DNA of 64,000 bases. It comes from Gammaproteobacteria bacterium (GTDB taxonomy: Bacteria > Pseudomonadota > Gammaproteobacteria > Magnimaribacterales > D2472). Under the pieces are notes generated by a model, which was not told the origin of the DNA, made no database searches, and saw only the letters and a program-made list of their open reading frames with translations. Where the stretch lies: assembly GCA_045564015.1 (NCBI GenBank), contig JBJLIB010000014.1, positions 20,466-84,465 of the forward strand, in the 5' to 3' direction. This document shows, one piece after another, positions 36,976 through 47,006 of this stretch; positions within the stretch are counted from its first letter, which is position 1; every line of letters begins with the position of its first letter. The translations under genes were made by a program, and so were the position numbers.

Positions 36976-38003
36976 TGAAGTTACTTCTAATAACAGACGC
37001 ATGGCATCCTCAAGTTAATGGTGTTGTAACCACTTATTCAAATATTATTTCGGAACTAAGCAAGCGCAATATTGAGGTTGAGGTACTTCATCCAGGAAAA
37101 TTTTTTTCATTACCCTTGCCTTTTTATAAAGAAATAAAAGCTGCCATTAATCCTTGGAAAGTTATTCTAAAAATCAAAGAAAGTGATGCTGATTGCATTC
37201 ATATAGGCACAGAAGGACCATTGGGAATTGTTAGCAGAATTTATTTATCATATAAAAAGACTCCTTTTACTTCAGCTGTTCACACAAAATTTCCAGAGTA
37301 TCTTAATTTGCATATTAAATTTCCACTATCAATTACATACGCTCTCATGAGGTGGTTTCATAAAAGATCTCATAGTGTTTTAGTTAACACAAAATCTCAC
37401 AAGAAAGAATTAGAGAAGAGAGGGTTTAGAAACCTTAAAATCTGGTCAAGAGGCATAGATTTAAAAAAGTTTAAAGATACTTCAATAAAAATAAATGATA
37501 AAGATTATTTACTTTATGTTGGCAGAGTTTCAAAGGAAAAAAATATCGAAGCGTTCTTGAGTATAGAAACTACTCATGAAAAAGTTGTAGTCGGCGATGG
37601 ACCTTATAGACAGAAGCTGCAAAAAAAATTCCCTACCGTAAAATTTGTTGGATGCAAAACAGGACCTGAGCTTGCAGCTTGGTATCGTAATGCGAGTGTC
37701 TTTGTTTTTCCATCCATGACAGATACGTTTGGAATAGTTGTTATTGAAGCTTTGTCTTGTGGTGTGCCTGTAGCAGCTTATCCAGTTACCGGGCCATTAG
37801 ATATTATTGAAGATGGAATTACAGGATCTTTAGACAATGATTTGAAGACGGCTATCGACAAAGCACTAGAAATCAAAAAAGAAAATTGCACAAGAAGCGC
37901 TAAGAAATATACATGGAGAAATGTTGCTGAACAATTTCTTTCTACATTGATATGCTCTAAGAAAGCGCACCTTGAAGAAGATAATTTAAAAATTTTTTCT
38001 TAA
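36975..38003 (+). CDS. GT4-family glycosyltransferase
   Basis: N-terminal ITDAWHPQVNGV and a C-terminal E-x7-E region (FGIVVIEALSCGVPV). The start overlaps the upstream stop by 1 nt. Confidence 0.8.
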   Translation: MKLLLITDAWHPQVNGVVTTYSNIISELSKRNIEVEVLHPGKFFSLPLPFYKEIKAAINPWKVILKIKESDADCIHIGTEGPLGIVSRIYLSYKKTPFTSAVHTKFPEYLNLHIKFPLSITYALMRWFHKRSHSVLVNTKSHKKELEKRGFRNLKIWSRGIDLKKFKDTSIKINDKDYLLYVGRVSKEKNIEAFLSIETTHEKVVVGDGPYRQKLQKKFPTVKFVGCKTGPELAAWYRNASVFVFPSMTDTFGIVVIEALSCGVPVAAYPVTGPLDIIEDGITGSLDNDLKTAIDKALEIKKENCTRSAKKYTWRNVAEQFLSTLICSKKAHLEEDNLKIFS

Positions 38004-38170
38004 TACAATTCCTAAAGAAGGGCTATAACAAAATAAAGTTTTCAAAGATTTAACTTTTATTCACAAATTTGTAATTCAATTGATTCATGAAAAGTATTAA
38101 ATAATCAACATATGAACTAGATAATCCGTTCTCCCCAAAACTGGTTAATTCTACCCCAAGGTTCATATTA

Positions 38171-38200
38171 AATAAGGGGGCTTTTTTTAGCTCCCTTATT
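38171..38200. terminator. stem-loop between convergent genes (probable bidirectional terminator)
   Basis: AAUAAGGGGGC/GCUCCCUUAUU forms an 11-bp stem with one G-U pair and a U-rich 8-nt loop. There is no canonical U-tail outside the hairpin. Confidence 0.45.
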
Positions 38201-38201
38201 C

Positions 38202-38729
38202 TTATTCAGAAAGCACTTGACGCGAGGCTACTATGATCTCTTTGATTTTACTGTTTTCAATTCGAACATCAAATGATTCTCTTGCAACAACCTCTTTACC
38301 ATCAATGGTATCGGTTACTTTATAAGAGGAGGTTACCCAATGATGAATAGATCCGTCTGCTTGAGGCACATCATTTGCCATAGCATAGACAAATTCCCAT
38401 ACAGGATTAGATGTTTCAAACCAGTTCTTTAGAAAAGCAGCATGCTCTGCAGAACCATTCACAATTACCCCATTAGGAGCCTTGCCAACTAAGTCATCAG
38501 CATTAGTTTTATCAATTGCCTCAAGATCTCGCTGATTGTGTGCTTCCACATAATCAACCCAAATTTTTACAAGAGATAGATCCCCAGCCACAATGTCTAA
38601 CTTTGTGCCATCTTCTGAGATCTCATAACCAATAACAGCCCCTTTTTGCATATGCCCAGATTCGTGATGACCAGCAAATGTAATTTGAGCTATAAATAAC
38701 AAGCCAATTATTGAAAATAGTTTATTCAT
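38202..38729 (-). CDS. secreted SnoaL/NTF2-like protein
   Basis: The signal peptide ends FA|GHHE. The remainder resembles SnoaL-like domains (WVDYVEAHNQRDLEAI...). Confidence 0.5.
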   Translation of the reverse strand: MNKLFSIIGLLFIAQITFAGHHESGHMQKGAVIGYEISEDGTKLDIVAGDLSLVKIWVDYVEAHNQRDLEAIDKTNADDLVGKAPNGVIVNGSAEHAAFLKNWFETSNPVWEFVYAMANDVPQADGSIHHWVTSSYKVTDTIDGKEVVARESFDVRIENSKIKEIIVASRQVLSE

Positions 38730-38795
38730 ATCATCTCCTAAAATATATAAATTTATATCGTAAAACTAATGAGTAATAACCTTATCACAGTTGTT

Positions 38796-40895
38796 TTATT
38801 GTTTGGTCTCAGTTTTATATCTCTCAAACCAAGCAAGAATATGATCAACTTTTGTAATTAGTCGAGAGGGTCTGCTTGCAATTCCATGAGAAGTATCTGG
38901 CAGGCGAACCATTGCACTGTCTACTCCCTTTAATCTAAGGGCTTGATAAAATTGTTCGGTTTCTGAAATAGGCGTCCTTCGATCATTTTCACCTGTCAGC
39001 AACATTGTAGGGGTGGTCACATTCCCCATTAAAGATAACGGCGATCTTTTCCAGTAATGCTCAAGATGTTCCCAAGGAGGGCCTGGGAATTGGTGGTAAA
39101 TTTGACCAACCATAGAGTCAGCAGTCAGCGGTTTGCTTAACCAATTAATGACAGGTTTAGCAGCAACTGCAGCATTAAAACGATCCGTTAACCCAACCGC
39201 ATATGCAGTAGCTATCCCACCAGCACTGCCACCAGCAACAAAAAGGTTTGTATCATCAATAAACCCAAGATCAATCAACGTATCTATGCCTGACATGTGA
39301 TCAGCAAAATCCTCTTCACTAGAATATTTGTATTGCAAAAGAAGGGCAAAATCTTCTCCATACGATAGGCTTCCGCGATAGTTATTATAAAAAACAACAT
39401 ATCCTGCTGCTGCCATGATTTGTAACTCAGCTGAGAAATAGGGGCCATAAGCTAGATGTGGTCCACCATGAATTTCAAGAATTAATGGATATTTTTTTAA
39501 AGGATCAAAATTTGGCGGGGTAATATACCAACCCTGAATTTCCTGATTATCGAAAGAGGATTTGTAAGCAATTTCGTTGACTGTTCCTAATTTGCGGTGG
39601 CTTAAAAGATCATCATTTAAGGCTGTTAAAATTTGCACTTCTTCTTCATTTATAACCGCAACGTTTGCAGGTCGCTCAGAAGTCCCGTGAGTATATGCAA
39701 TAGTATTATTAGCAAGATGAAAACCCCCTGAAAGGTAGGGCCTTCCAAGCGTTGTTCCACCAAGTCCTTTTGTAATCTCTTTAAGTTCACCATTTGTGGT
39801 GACTTGACCGATCTTTCTAATACCACGTTCATCATAAGCAAAGAAAAGTGACTTGCTATCATTGGCCCAATGTAAATTATTCGCATCTCCATCTAGATCC
39901 TCTGTTAGCAAGCGGATGTTATTTCCATTTAGATCCATGATTGCGATCTGATCTGGCGTGTAGGCAAGAGGCCGTCTTTCTTCTTGATTAAATGCAATCA
40001 ACTTCCCATTTGGTGATATGACTGGTGAGCGCTCAGCACCAGATTGGTTGGTGATTTGCTTAATGTCTTTCGTGGCTAAATTTACTGAATAAATATCTGC
40101 TTCATCGCTTACAAGTTCCCAGTCAGCAGAGCGATAAGCTGAAAAGAAAATATCAGTGCTTTCAGGTGACCACGCTAGAGATCCATAATGATTAAAATTA
40201 CCTTCAGTCAGTTGTCGTGCAGAGCCTCCTTCCGCGGGAACAACAAATACATGGCGATATGCTGGTTCAACAATCCCTTGTCCATCATACTGATACTGGG
40301 TTGTTGTTACTGTTATAGGTCCCTTGGCCCAAGTAGCGCCTTCAGGTTTTGTTCGAGTCTCAGCAATGGTCTCAGATGGCGCTTTAACATTCATGGTAAA
40401 AGCAAGCCACTTCCCATCTGGTGACCAGGACAGATTTGACGGCGAAGCTTGTAATTGTGAAATAAGTGCAGTTTCTCCATTATCTAGCCATCTCACATGA
40501 ATTTGTTGCGATCCAGTATCATTAGAAACAAATGCGAGCTTTTTTCCATTTGGAGACCAGCGAGGAGATTTAATGCTGCTTAAGCCTGAATAAAGCGGCC
40601 TATGATCAGTTCCCTCTGCTGAAACCTGCCATAAATTAGACCGCTCACGATCTTTCATAACATCATTGGATTTACGCACATAGACTATAGTTTTGCCATC
40701 AGGTGATACACGAGGATCAGTTGCCCACTCAAGATCAAATACATCCATTGGCTCGAAAACAGCTAGGTTTTGATCTGCATTTGATGCGGGTGAGATTACC
40801 AGCATCAAAAAGAACCCCAAAAGAGATTTTTTAATTAGAATCACAGGATGATTAAATTTAGTATTATTTTTCATTTTTAAAGATTTCCTTGCCAT
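38796..40895 (-). CDS. S9-family serine peptidase (beta-propeller plus prolyl-oligopeptidase/acylaminoacyl-peptidase catalytic domain), secreted
   Basis: N-terminal TolB-like repeats (SPDGK, SPNGK, SPDGKW) are followed by the nucleophile GGSAGG and a C-terminal His region (DTSHGI). The start is uncertain (40895 or 40874). Confidence 0.85.
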   Translation of the reverse strand: MARKSLKMKNNTKFNHPVILIKKSLLGFFLMLVISPASNADQNLAVFEPMDVFDLEWATDPRVSPDGKTIVYVRKSNDVMKDRERSNLWQVSAEGTDHRPLYSGLSSIKSPRWSPNGKKLAFVSNDTGSQQIHVRWLDNGETALISQLQASPSNLSWSPDGKWLAFTMNVKAPSETIAETRTKPEGATWAKGPITVTTTQYQYDGQGIVEPAYRHVFVVPAEGGSARQLTEGNFNHYGSLAWSPESTDIFFSAYRSADWELVSDEADIYSVNLATKDIKQITNQSGAERSPVISPNGKLIAFNQEERRPLAYTPDQIAIMDLNGNNIRLLTEDLDGDANNLHWANDSKSLFFAYDERGIRKIGQVTTNGELKEITKGLGGTTLGRPYLSGGFHLANNTIAYTHGTSERPANVAVINEEEVQILTALNDDLLSHRKLGTVNEIAYKSSFDNQEIQGWYITPPNFDPLKKYPLILEIHGGPHLAYGPYFSAELQIMAAAGYVVFYNNYRGSLSYGEDFALLLQYKYSSEEDFADHMSGIDTLIDLGFIDDTNLFVAGGSAGGIATAYAVGLTDRFNAAVAAKPVINWLSKPLTADSMVGQIYHQFPGPPWEHLEHYWKRSPLSLMGNVTTPTMLLTGENDRRTPISETEQFYQALRLKGVDSAMVRLPDTSHGIASRPSRLITKVDHILAWFERYKTETKQ

Positions 40896-42534
40896 AAGAG
40901 TAAGTGGCCATAATTTTTAATTCTAGCAGTTCATCCACTGGCATGCTTAAAGGATCTTCTGATAAAACAACTAAGTCTGCCAGTTTACCAACCTCAATAC
41001 TGCCTTTGATATCATCCTCAAAATGCTGAAAAGCAGCGTTAATTGTCATTGCCTCCAAAGCTGAATAGGTAGAAATTTTTTGTTCCTCACCCAGAACTTT
41101 TCCAGATCTGGTTTTTCTGTTGGTTGTTGACCACAACAGTCTAATCATATCCGGTGGAACAACAGGAGCATCATTGTGGACAGTGAAAGGCATCTTTCTA
41201 TTGAGAGTGGATTTTGTAGGACTTATACGCATGGCACGATCTTCCCCAAACACTGAATCTCTATGCCAGTCACCCCAGTAGAATGTATGGGTTGAAAAAT
41301 AAGACGGGATGATGCTTAGTTCTTTCATTTGATCCAGCTGATCTTCTCTAACGGTTTGCGCATGAATCATGATGGTTCGATGATCGGAAGTAATGTCTGC
41401 ATCTTTTACAGCCTCAATCAGCATATCAGCTGCAGCGTCACCATTGGCATGGGCCATAATGGGAATGTTGAGGTCAGCATACCGCTTTACCCATTTCGAA
41501 ACTTCTGACTGCGGAATAAGAGGATATCCTTTATATGAATCTGACTCACTGTGAGGCGGCTTGTAATAAGGCTCAGTTAAATAAGCAGTTTTTCCTTGGG
41601 GCGAACCGTCTAAAATTAGTTTAATACCCCCAATTTTTAATCTTCCTTCATAGTTACCAAAATTAATTGAATCTAGATTTTGATCTAATCCATTTTGTCC
41701 TATGGGGTAACTAATAATATCCAGGTTGATCATGCCTTGCGCATCGGCTGCCTGCATTAAACCAATGGTTTCTGGGCTAGAGGCTCCATCTTGAGCTGTG
41801 GTAATTCCATTTCTAGCATAAATATTCATGGCTTGTTTAACACTTCCAATGGGATCTTTATAGGCGCTCATGGCCAGTTGTTGCAGGGGGTATGCTGCTG
41901 TTTCCTCAAACACCCCATTTGGTTCTAATGAGTTTTCATATCTTCGAATCCTCCCTCCCGGCGGATCTTGAGTTTCTGAGTTAATATTTGCCAACGACAA
42001 GCCTAAAGAATTAGCTGCACCAAGATGAGCTGAAACATGAATGAGATATATCGGGTGTTCAGTGCTGACTTCATCAAGGTCATCTTTCGTGGGATGCCTT
42101 TGTTCTTCTAGCAGCGAGTCATCATAACCAAGACCCATTACCCATTCACCAGGTTTTAGATTAGAGTCATTAATAAATTTTCTGAGTTCGGTCTGGAGTT
42201 CCTTAATATTTTTAATAGTGCCTACTGGAGGAGAGGCAATGTTTGCAACCTGAGTGGCAAATGCTAAATAAGAAGCATGACCATGCGCATCAATAAAGCC
42301 TGGAAGAACCGCCTGATTACCAAAATCTATATGCTTGCCTTGAATATGTTTTGCATTCTTGTGAGAGCCTATCCAGATAATTTCTTTATTTTTCACTGCA
42401 ATAGATAAAGGCTGAGCTTGCTCGTTGCCTGTCATTAAAATTACTTTGTTTGAAGTTAGAATTAAGTCAGCTTCATTGATTTTTTGATCAGAGGAACATG
42501 AGCTGATTAGCAGCAAGCAAAATAAATATCGCAT
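40864..42534 (-). CDS. amidohydrolase-family (Amidohydro_3 / YtcJ-like) metal-dependent hydrolase lipoprotein
   Basis: The lipobox LLISSC and the metal motif GFIDAHGH are present. 556 aa. The stop overlaps the start of the S9 peptidase gene. Confidence 0.8.
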   Translation of the reverse strand: MRYLFCLLLISSCSSDQKINEADLILTSNKVILMTGNEQAQPLSIAVKNKEIIWIGSHKNAKHIQGKHIDFGNQAVLPGFIDAHGHASYLAFATQVANIASPPVGTIKNIKELQTELRKFINDSNLKPGEWVMGLGYDDSLLEEQRHPTKDDLDEVSTEHPIYLIHVSAHLGAANSLGLSLANINSETQDPPGGRIRRYENSLEPNGVFEETAAYPLQQLAMSAYKDPIGSVKQAMNIYARNGITTAQDGASSPETIGLMQAADAQGMINLDIISYPIGQNGLDQNLDSINFGNYEGRLKIGGIKLILDGSPQGKTAYLTEPYYKPPHSESDSYKGYPLIPQSEVSKWVKRYADLNIPIMAHANGDAAADMLIEAVKDADITSDHRTIMIHAQTVREDQLDQMKELSIIPSYFSTHTFYWGDWHRDSVFGEDRAMRISPTKSTLNRKMPFTVHNDAPVVPPDMIRLLWSTTNRKTRSGKVLGEEQKISTYSALEAMTINAAFQHFEDDIKGSIEVGKLADLVVLSEDPLSMPVDELLELKIMATYSYGKEIFKNEK

Positions 42535-42615
42535 ATGTTATTAGGTAATAAGTTAAATAAATATTGTATTACTAAATATAGATTTTTTACCCATCAAGTA
42601 TATTTTTAGTTTTTG

Positions 42616-42641
42616 AAATATTTACTAATGAGTAAATATTT
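42616..42641. promoter_or_regulatory. operator-like 11-bp perfect inverted repeat in a divergent promoter region
   Basis: AAATATTTACT-aatg-AGTAAATATTT lies between the amidohydrolase operon and TBDR3. Confidence 0.4.
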
Positions 42642-42757
42642 GTATTTTTTTAATTGCATTCATGAGATTTATTATGTTTACTATAAAATATATTAAATAT
42701 TTATAAATAATCTTTATGATATTTTTATCAATACTTACTTTTAGGGGGAGTTAAGTT

Positions 42758-45655
42758 ATGAAATTTACCACATTCGTTTATGGTCTAAAGGCTGCTGCAC
42801 TTGCAGGTAGTTTTTTGCTTTTAATTAATCCAGCTGCTGCACAAGATGAGGCAGTCAATTCAATTGAGGAGGTCATAGTTACCTCTCAAAGAGTTGAAGA
42901 GAGTTTGCAAGATGTCCCTATTGCTGTGACAGCTCTAACAGCTGACATGCTAGAGGATCAACAAATTCAATCAGGATCAGATTTGCAGCTTATTACGCCA
43001 AGTTTAAATTTCCAAGGAAATGATTCTGGGGGCGGAGCATTTAATATTCGAGGTATTACTAACCTTGCTGTTTCAGCCACAGCGGAGTCAGGTGTAGAAA
43101 TTCATGTGAATGATTTGCCTGTTGGCTCAACAACTATGCAAGATGGTGAATTTTTAGACATGGAGCGTATTGAGGTTCTTAGAGGTCCGCAAGGAACGCT
43201 TTATGGTAAAAATTCTGTAGGAGGAGCCATCAATCTCATCACGGCAAGACCAAGATTTGGCGAGGTTACTCAAAAGGTTTCAGTTGACTTAGGCGATTAT
43301 AATTTAGAAAAACTTAGATACACTGTTAATTATCCTCTGAGCGATACCATGGCCGCAAGATTTGCGCTTATGTCTGTTGAACGCGATGGTGATATTAAAA
43401 ATATATACTCAAAAGCTCCTACCTCTCATATCAATGGCAGAGACTCATCTGCGTATAGATTTTCTTTTGCATGGCAGCTTAGCGATAACACAGATATTCT
43501 ATTTGTACATGATCATTATGAAGAAGATTCTACTCGTCATTATGTAAATAATAGATATTGTAAACGTGACCCCTCAGTAGCTGTTGGTTGTACTCCAGGT
43601 GCCCCCTTAGTTCATGAGTTAACTCATCCAATGGCAACCTTTGTAGAAAATCTAGCAATCTTGACTGGTATCTTAGATTACACCCCGGTCACAGATATGT
43701 CGGGCGCACCAAAGGGTTTTTGGCAGTCTAACAATAGAGGAAATCCAAGATATATTATTGATCAAGACATAACTCAACTAATTATTAATCATTCTATTAA
43801 TGATAATTGGGACATGACTTTATCTCATTCTAGAAAAGATAGGTTGTATGACCGAACAGGAGTTTATGAATCTGAAGAGTATGATCGACTTCGATTTAAA
43901 GACAATCCTTATTTTCCTGGTGGCTATGTTCCTATGACAGGTTATGGTCCAAATTGTAATCTTGAGGATGGAACTTTAGGCTCTTATGGGGGCTGTCTTA
44001 CAGATACTATGAACTTCCCAGAAGGTTTTGATCGTCAGTATAACCCTGAAGGTAAAAATGAAGTTACCGAGATAAGATTTCAATCAAGTTTAGATGGAAA
44101 TTGGAATTATTTATTAGGTGCAATTCATACAGAAGCCTCTGGAAAAAGTGTCTATGATATTGCTGCAAATGGTTTAGACGCTTTGGCTTTATTTCCCCCA
44201 GGAGTTTTAACTGGCGGACTGCCACAAGGGTTTGTTCAGCTATACGCTCCATTATTTAGGAGTTCAACTATTTCAGCCACAAGAAGTTCAGCGATTTTTG
44301 GTGAGATCTACTATCAAGCTAGCGATAGATTGAAATACACTTTAGGCCTAAGAAGAACCGAGGATTATAAAGAGCAGTATGGTCGTTCACCATTCCTCAG
44401 TGTTGTTGGTTTCGGTAGCCAAGGCAATGGTTTTGCTGCATTGCCTGGACAATCCATTCCAGCCTTCGGTCAATCCTGGTATGCATCAGGCACCCCTGGT
44501 GATCCCGAAACTGATTATGCAAATAATACGGGCCGCTTTGTTGTTGATTATGTTTTAAATGATAATACCCTTGTTTATGGCTCAATTTCTAAGGGTTTTA
44601 AGGGTGGTGGGTTCAATCCCCCGTTAGATCCAGCAAAGTATCCTGATACTCCTCAGGTATTTCCATCCACTGAGCTCACTGCATTTGAAGTTGGCTTTAA
44701 AGCTGATTTTCCAGCTCAAGGTATGAGATGGAATGCAGCAGCATATATGTATGATGCTGAGGATTATCAAGTCACTAAAATTCAGAATAAAACTCGTGTC
44801 AACGAAGGAATTGATGTTGACATGATGGGTTTTGAAAGTGAGTTTATATGGGTGCCAATCAATGCTCCCCAATGGCAATTCAATATGGGCATTGCTTGGG
44901 AAGAATCAGAAATTGCTAGTGGCGAAATGGTTATGAACCCAGCGAATGCTGACCTTTGTTTAACATCAGGTTGTGGTAATTGGCATTTAATGAAAAATGC
45001 TGCAGATGGAGAAGTCTTTGTCGTCAGAAAAGATGTTGCAACTGTAATCTGGAACATGTGGCAGGGCGGTTTATGGGGTCCAGCTCAAGCGATTATTGTG
45101 CCGGCAGAATTTCATGGTGACAGAGTCACTGGACAACCAACGCCAGTAAGTTTCTTGCCGAATGTAACTCCTGGGCACTTACCATCATTGACAGCTTCAA
45201 GAGATCTTTATTCATCTGTGATGGTAAATACTGCTTGTGCGATCTTAGGTTGTAATCCGGCTGATGCCATTAAGGATGGATTGCTTTCAGATATAAGTGG
45301 GAATACATTAACGCATCCTGAACTCTCAATGAATCTAGGTGTTCAATACACCATGACTACTGAAAATTACAATGTTAATTTTAGGTTAGATGCTTATAAA
45401 CAAGACGAACGTTATACAACTTTGTTTGATCTGGAATGGGATAAAGTGCCTGCATGGACTGAATACAATGCCATGATTTCTATTACCCCATCTGTTGATG
45501 ATCCAAAATGGCGTGTTGATATTTATGGTCAAAATATAACCGATGAGCAAAATATTATGCACATTGGAGAAGCAACTGCACCCCTAGGATTTAACAAAAG
45601 TATTTGGGCAAGGGAACAAGCAACTTATGGAGTTAGATGGACTTATAATTTCTAG
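42758..45655 (+). CDS. TonB-dependent receptor (TBDR3)
   Basis: It has a signal peptide, a TonB-box-like EEVIVTSQR, the plug motif RGPQGTLYGKNSVGGA and a C-terminal TYNF. Confidence 0.9.
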   Translation: MKFTTFVYGLKAAALAGSFLLLINPAAAQDEAVNSIEEVIVTSQRVEESLQDVPIAVTALTADMLEDQQIQSGSDLQLITPSLNFQGNDSGGGAFNIRGITNLAVSATAESGVEIHVNDLPVGSTTMQDGEFLDMERIEVLRGPQGTLYGKNSVGGAINLITARPRFGEVTQKVSVDLGDYNLEKLRYTVNYPLSDTMAARFALMSVERDGDIKNIYSKAPTSHINGRDSSAYRFSFAWQLSDNTDILFVHDHYEEDSTRHYVNNRYCKRDPSVAVGCTPGAPLVHELTHPMATFVENLAILTGILDYTPVTDMSGAPKGFWQSNNRGNPRYIIDQDITQLIINHSINDNWDMTLSHSRKDRLYDRTGVYESEEYDRLRFKDNPYFPGGYVPMTGYGPNCNLEDGTLGSYGGCLTDTMNFPEGFDRQYNPEGKNEVTEIRFQSSLDGNWNYLLGAIHTEASGKSVYDIAANGLDALALFPPGVLTGGLPQGFVQLYAPLFRSSTISATRSSAIFGEIYYQASDRLKYTLGLRRTEDYKEQYGRSPFLSVVGFGSQGNGFAALPGQSIPAFGQSWYASGTPGDPETDYANNTGRFVVDYVLNDNTLVYGSISKGFKGGGFNPPLDPAKYPDTPQVFPSTELTAFEVGFKADFPAQGMRWNAAAYMYDAEDYQVTKIQNKTRVNEGIDVDMMGFESEFIWVPINAPQWQFNMGIAWEESEIASGEMVMNPANADLCLTSGCGNWHLMKNAADGEVFVVRKDVATVIWNMWQGGLWGPAQAIIVPAEFHGDRVTGQPTPVSFLPNVTPGHLPSLTASRDLYSSVMVNTACAILGCNPADAIKDGLLSDISGNTLTHPELSMNLGVQYTMTTENYNVNFRLDAYKQDERYTTLFDLEWDKVPAWTEYNAMISITPSVDDPKWRVDIYGQNITDEQNIMHIGEATAPLGFNKSIWAREQATYGVRWTYNF

Positions 45656-45677
45656 AGTATTTTCCCCAATTTAAAAA

Positions 45678-45703
45678 GCCTTGAATCTTCAAGGCTTTTT
45701 TTT
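45678..45703 (+). terminator. intrinsic terminator
   Basis: Stem GCCUUGA/UCAAGGC followed by U8. Confidence 0.8.
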
Positions 45704-45788
45704 GCACAATTGACACATAAAACCATATATTTTTTACACATATATTGCATACTAATATTTCATAAATTTTTTAATTTCGGAGAAAAAA

Positions 45789-46526
45789 ATGAAAAAATTA
45801 TTTTTAATTACTTTGTTGTTTTCAGCAAGTTTTATTCAATCACAGGAAGTTCCCGATCCTATCAGAGCAGAATACTTAATGTGTAACCTTAATGACGGAA
45901 AAAGTTTTGATGATTTTATGAAATGGTCTAAGTCATGGAACAAAGTCATGGATGCAACTGATGAAGCTGGTTATGATGCAGCTGTTATGGTTCCTAGATA
46001 TCGGACTCCATTGAATGATTTTGATATGTTCTGGGTCGGCCACACTGATACAGCCACCAATATGGGAAAGGCTTTGGATAATTGGTTTGGTGATGAATTT
46101 AAGAAAGTAAGAGACTCAATTCCTGTAACATGTGTGCAAGCTTTCAATGCGGTTCAATGGGTTTTAGAATCAAATTTTGATCCAGAAGAACTATCAAGTG
46201 CCTATCCAGTTTCTTATCGTTATTGTAATTTAAAAGAAGGTAAGACTCTTGCTGATGCTTACATCAATCTAAGCAATCAAATGAAAATTTCTCATGAAGC
46301 AGGCATAAAAAATGGTGCCCGTTTAATCAGACCTAGCAATGGAGCTCCAGCTCAACTTGCTGAGTATGATTTTGTATTATCTTATGGCTCGCCTGATTGG
46401 GAGGAATGGGGTAAAGCAATTGATCATTACTGGTCAAATGTTAATAATACAGATGAGAATAAAGCGGTCAGAGAAACATATTCTTGTGAAAATTCAAGGA
46501 TGTATTCTGGGACTTTAATTAGATAA
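45789..46526 (+). CDS. hypothetical secreted protein, two copies of a ~100-aa module
   Basis: A signal peptide is followed by two related modules; compare YLMCNLNDGKSFDDF with YRYCNLKEGKTLADA. Confidence 0.6.
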   Translation: MKKLFLITLLFSASFIQSQEVPDPIRAEYLMCNLNDGKSFDDFMKWSKSWNKVMDATDEAGYDAAVMVPRYRTPLNDFDMFWVGHTDTATNMGKALDNWFGDEFKKVRDSIPVTCVQAFNAVQWVLESNFDPEELSSAYPVSYRYCNLKEGKTLADAYINLSNQMKISHEAGIKNGARLIRPSNGAPAQLAEYDFVLSYGSPDWEEWGKAIDHYWSNVNNTDENKAVRETYSCENSRMYSGTLIR

Positions 46527-46545
46527 AAATATATAAGGAAAAATT

Positions 46546-46986
46546 ATGAAAAAGTTATTACTTTTACCTCTGTTATTTACCATGTTTGCATCAGCAGAAA
46601 TCTATGAAGATTTCACTCCTTCGCAAGAGCCAATGGAGTTAACTGTTGTTGCAGTTCAGCCAAACTATGTAGATACATATCTTACAAATCTCAATAGAAC
46701 TTGGGTTAGAGCTATGAATGTTCAAAAGAAATTAGGCTATGTCGAGGATTTTAATGTTTGGACATCTCTAAGCGTTGCCGATACTCCAAATGTTTGGATT
46801 ACAGTTCAATACAAAGACTTAGCTTCAATGCAGCAGACTGAAGAAAAAAGTAAAGCTGTAGAAGAAGAATTAGAGAAAATGTATGGAGATAATGAGGTTG
46901 AGTTAGAGGAAATATCAAAAGGCTATGAAGAGATTCGCGAGATGATTGATCATGCAATTATCTACAGAGTTGATTTTAAAGATTAA
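46546..46986 (+). CDS. hypothetical secreted protein, one copy of the same module type
   Basis: It has a signal peptide, and its strand-helix-strand pattern parallels the modules of the upstream ORF. Confidence 0.55.
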   Translation: MKKLLLLPLLFTMFASAEIYEDFTPSQEPMELTVVAVQPNYVDTYLTNLNRTWVRAMNVQKKLGYVEDFNVWTSLSVADTPNVWITVQYKDLASMQQTEEKSKAVEEELEKMYGDNEVELEEISKGYEEIREMIDHAIIYRVDFKD

Positions 46987-47006
46987 ACTGTCTAATTAAT
47001 TGAATA

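Noticed and set aside
44397-45057. Four antisense ORFs (62-91 aa) inside TBDR3, and similar ones inside other long genes (for example 1068..1349, 5474..5692, 39650..39892 and 58241..58525).
   Set aside because: All are embedded in, or antisense to, long ORFs with strong family motifs. Their products are low-complexity with no recognisable features.
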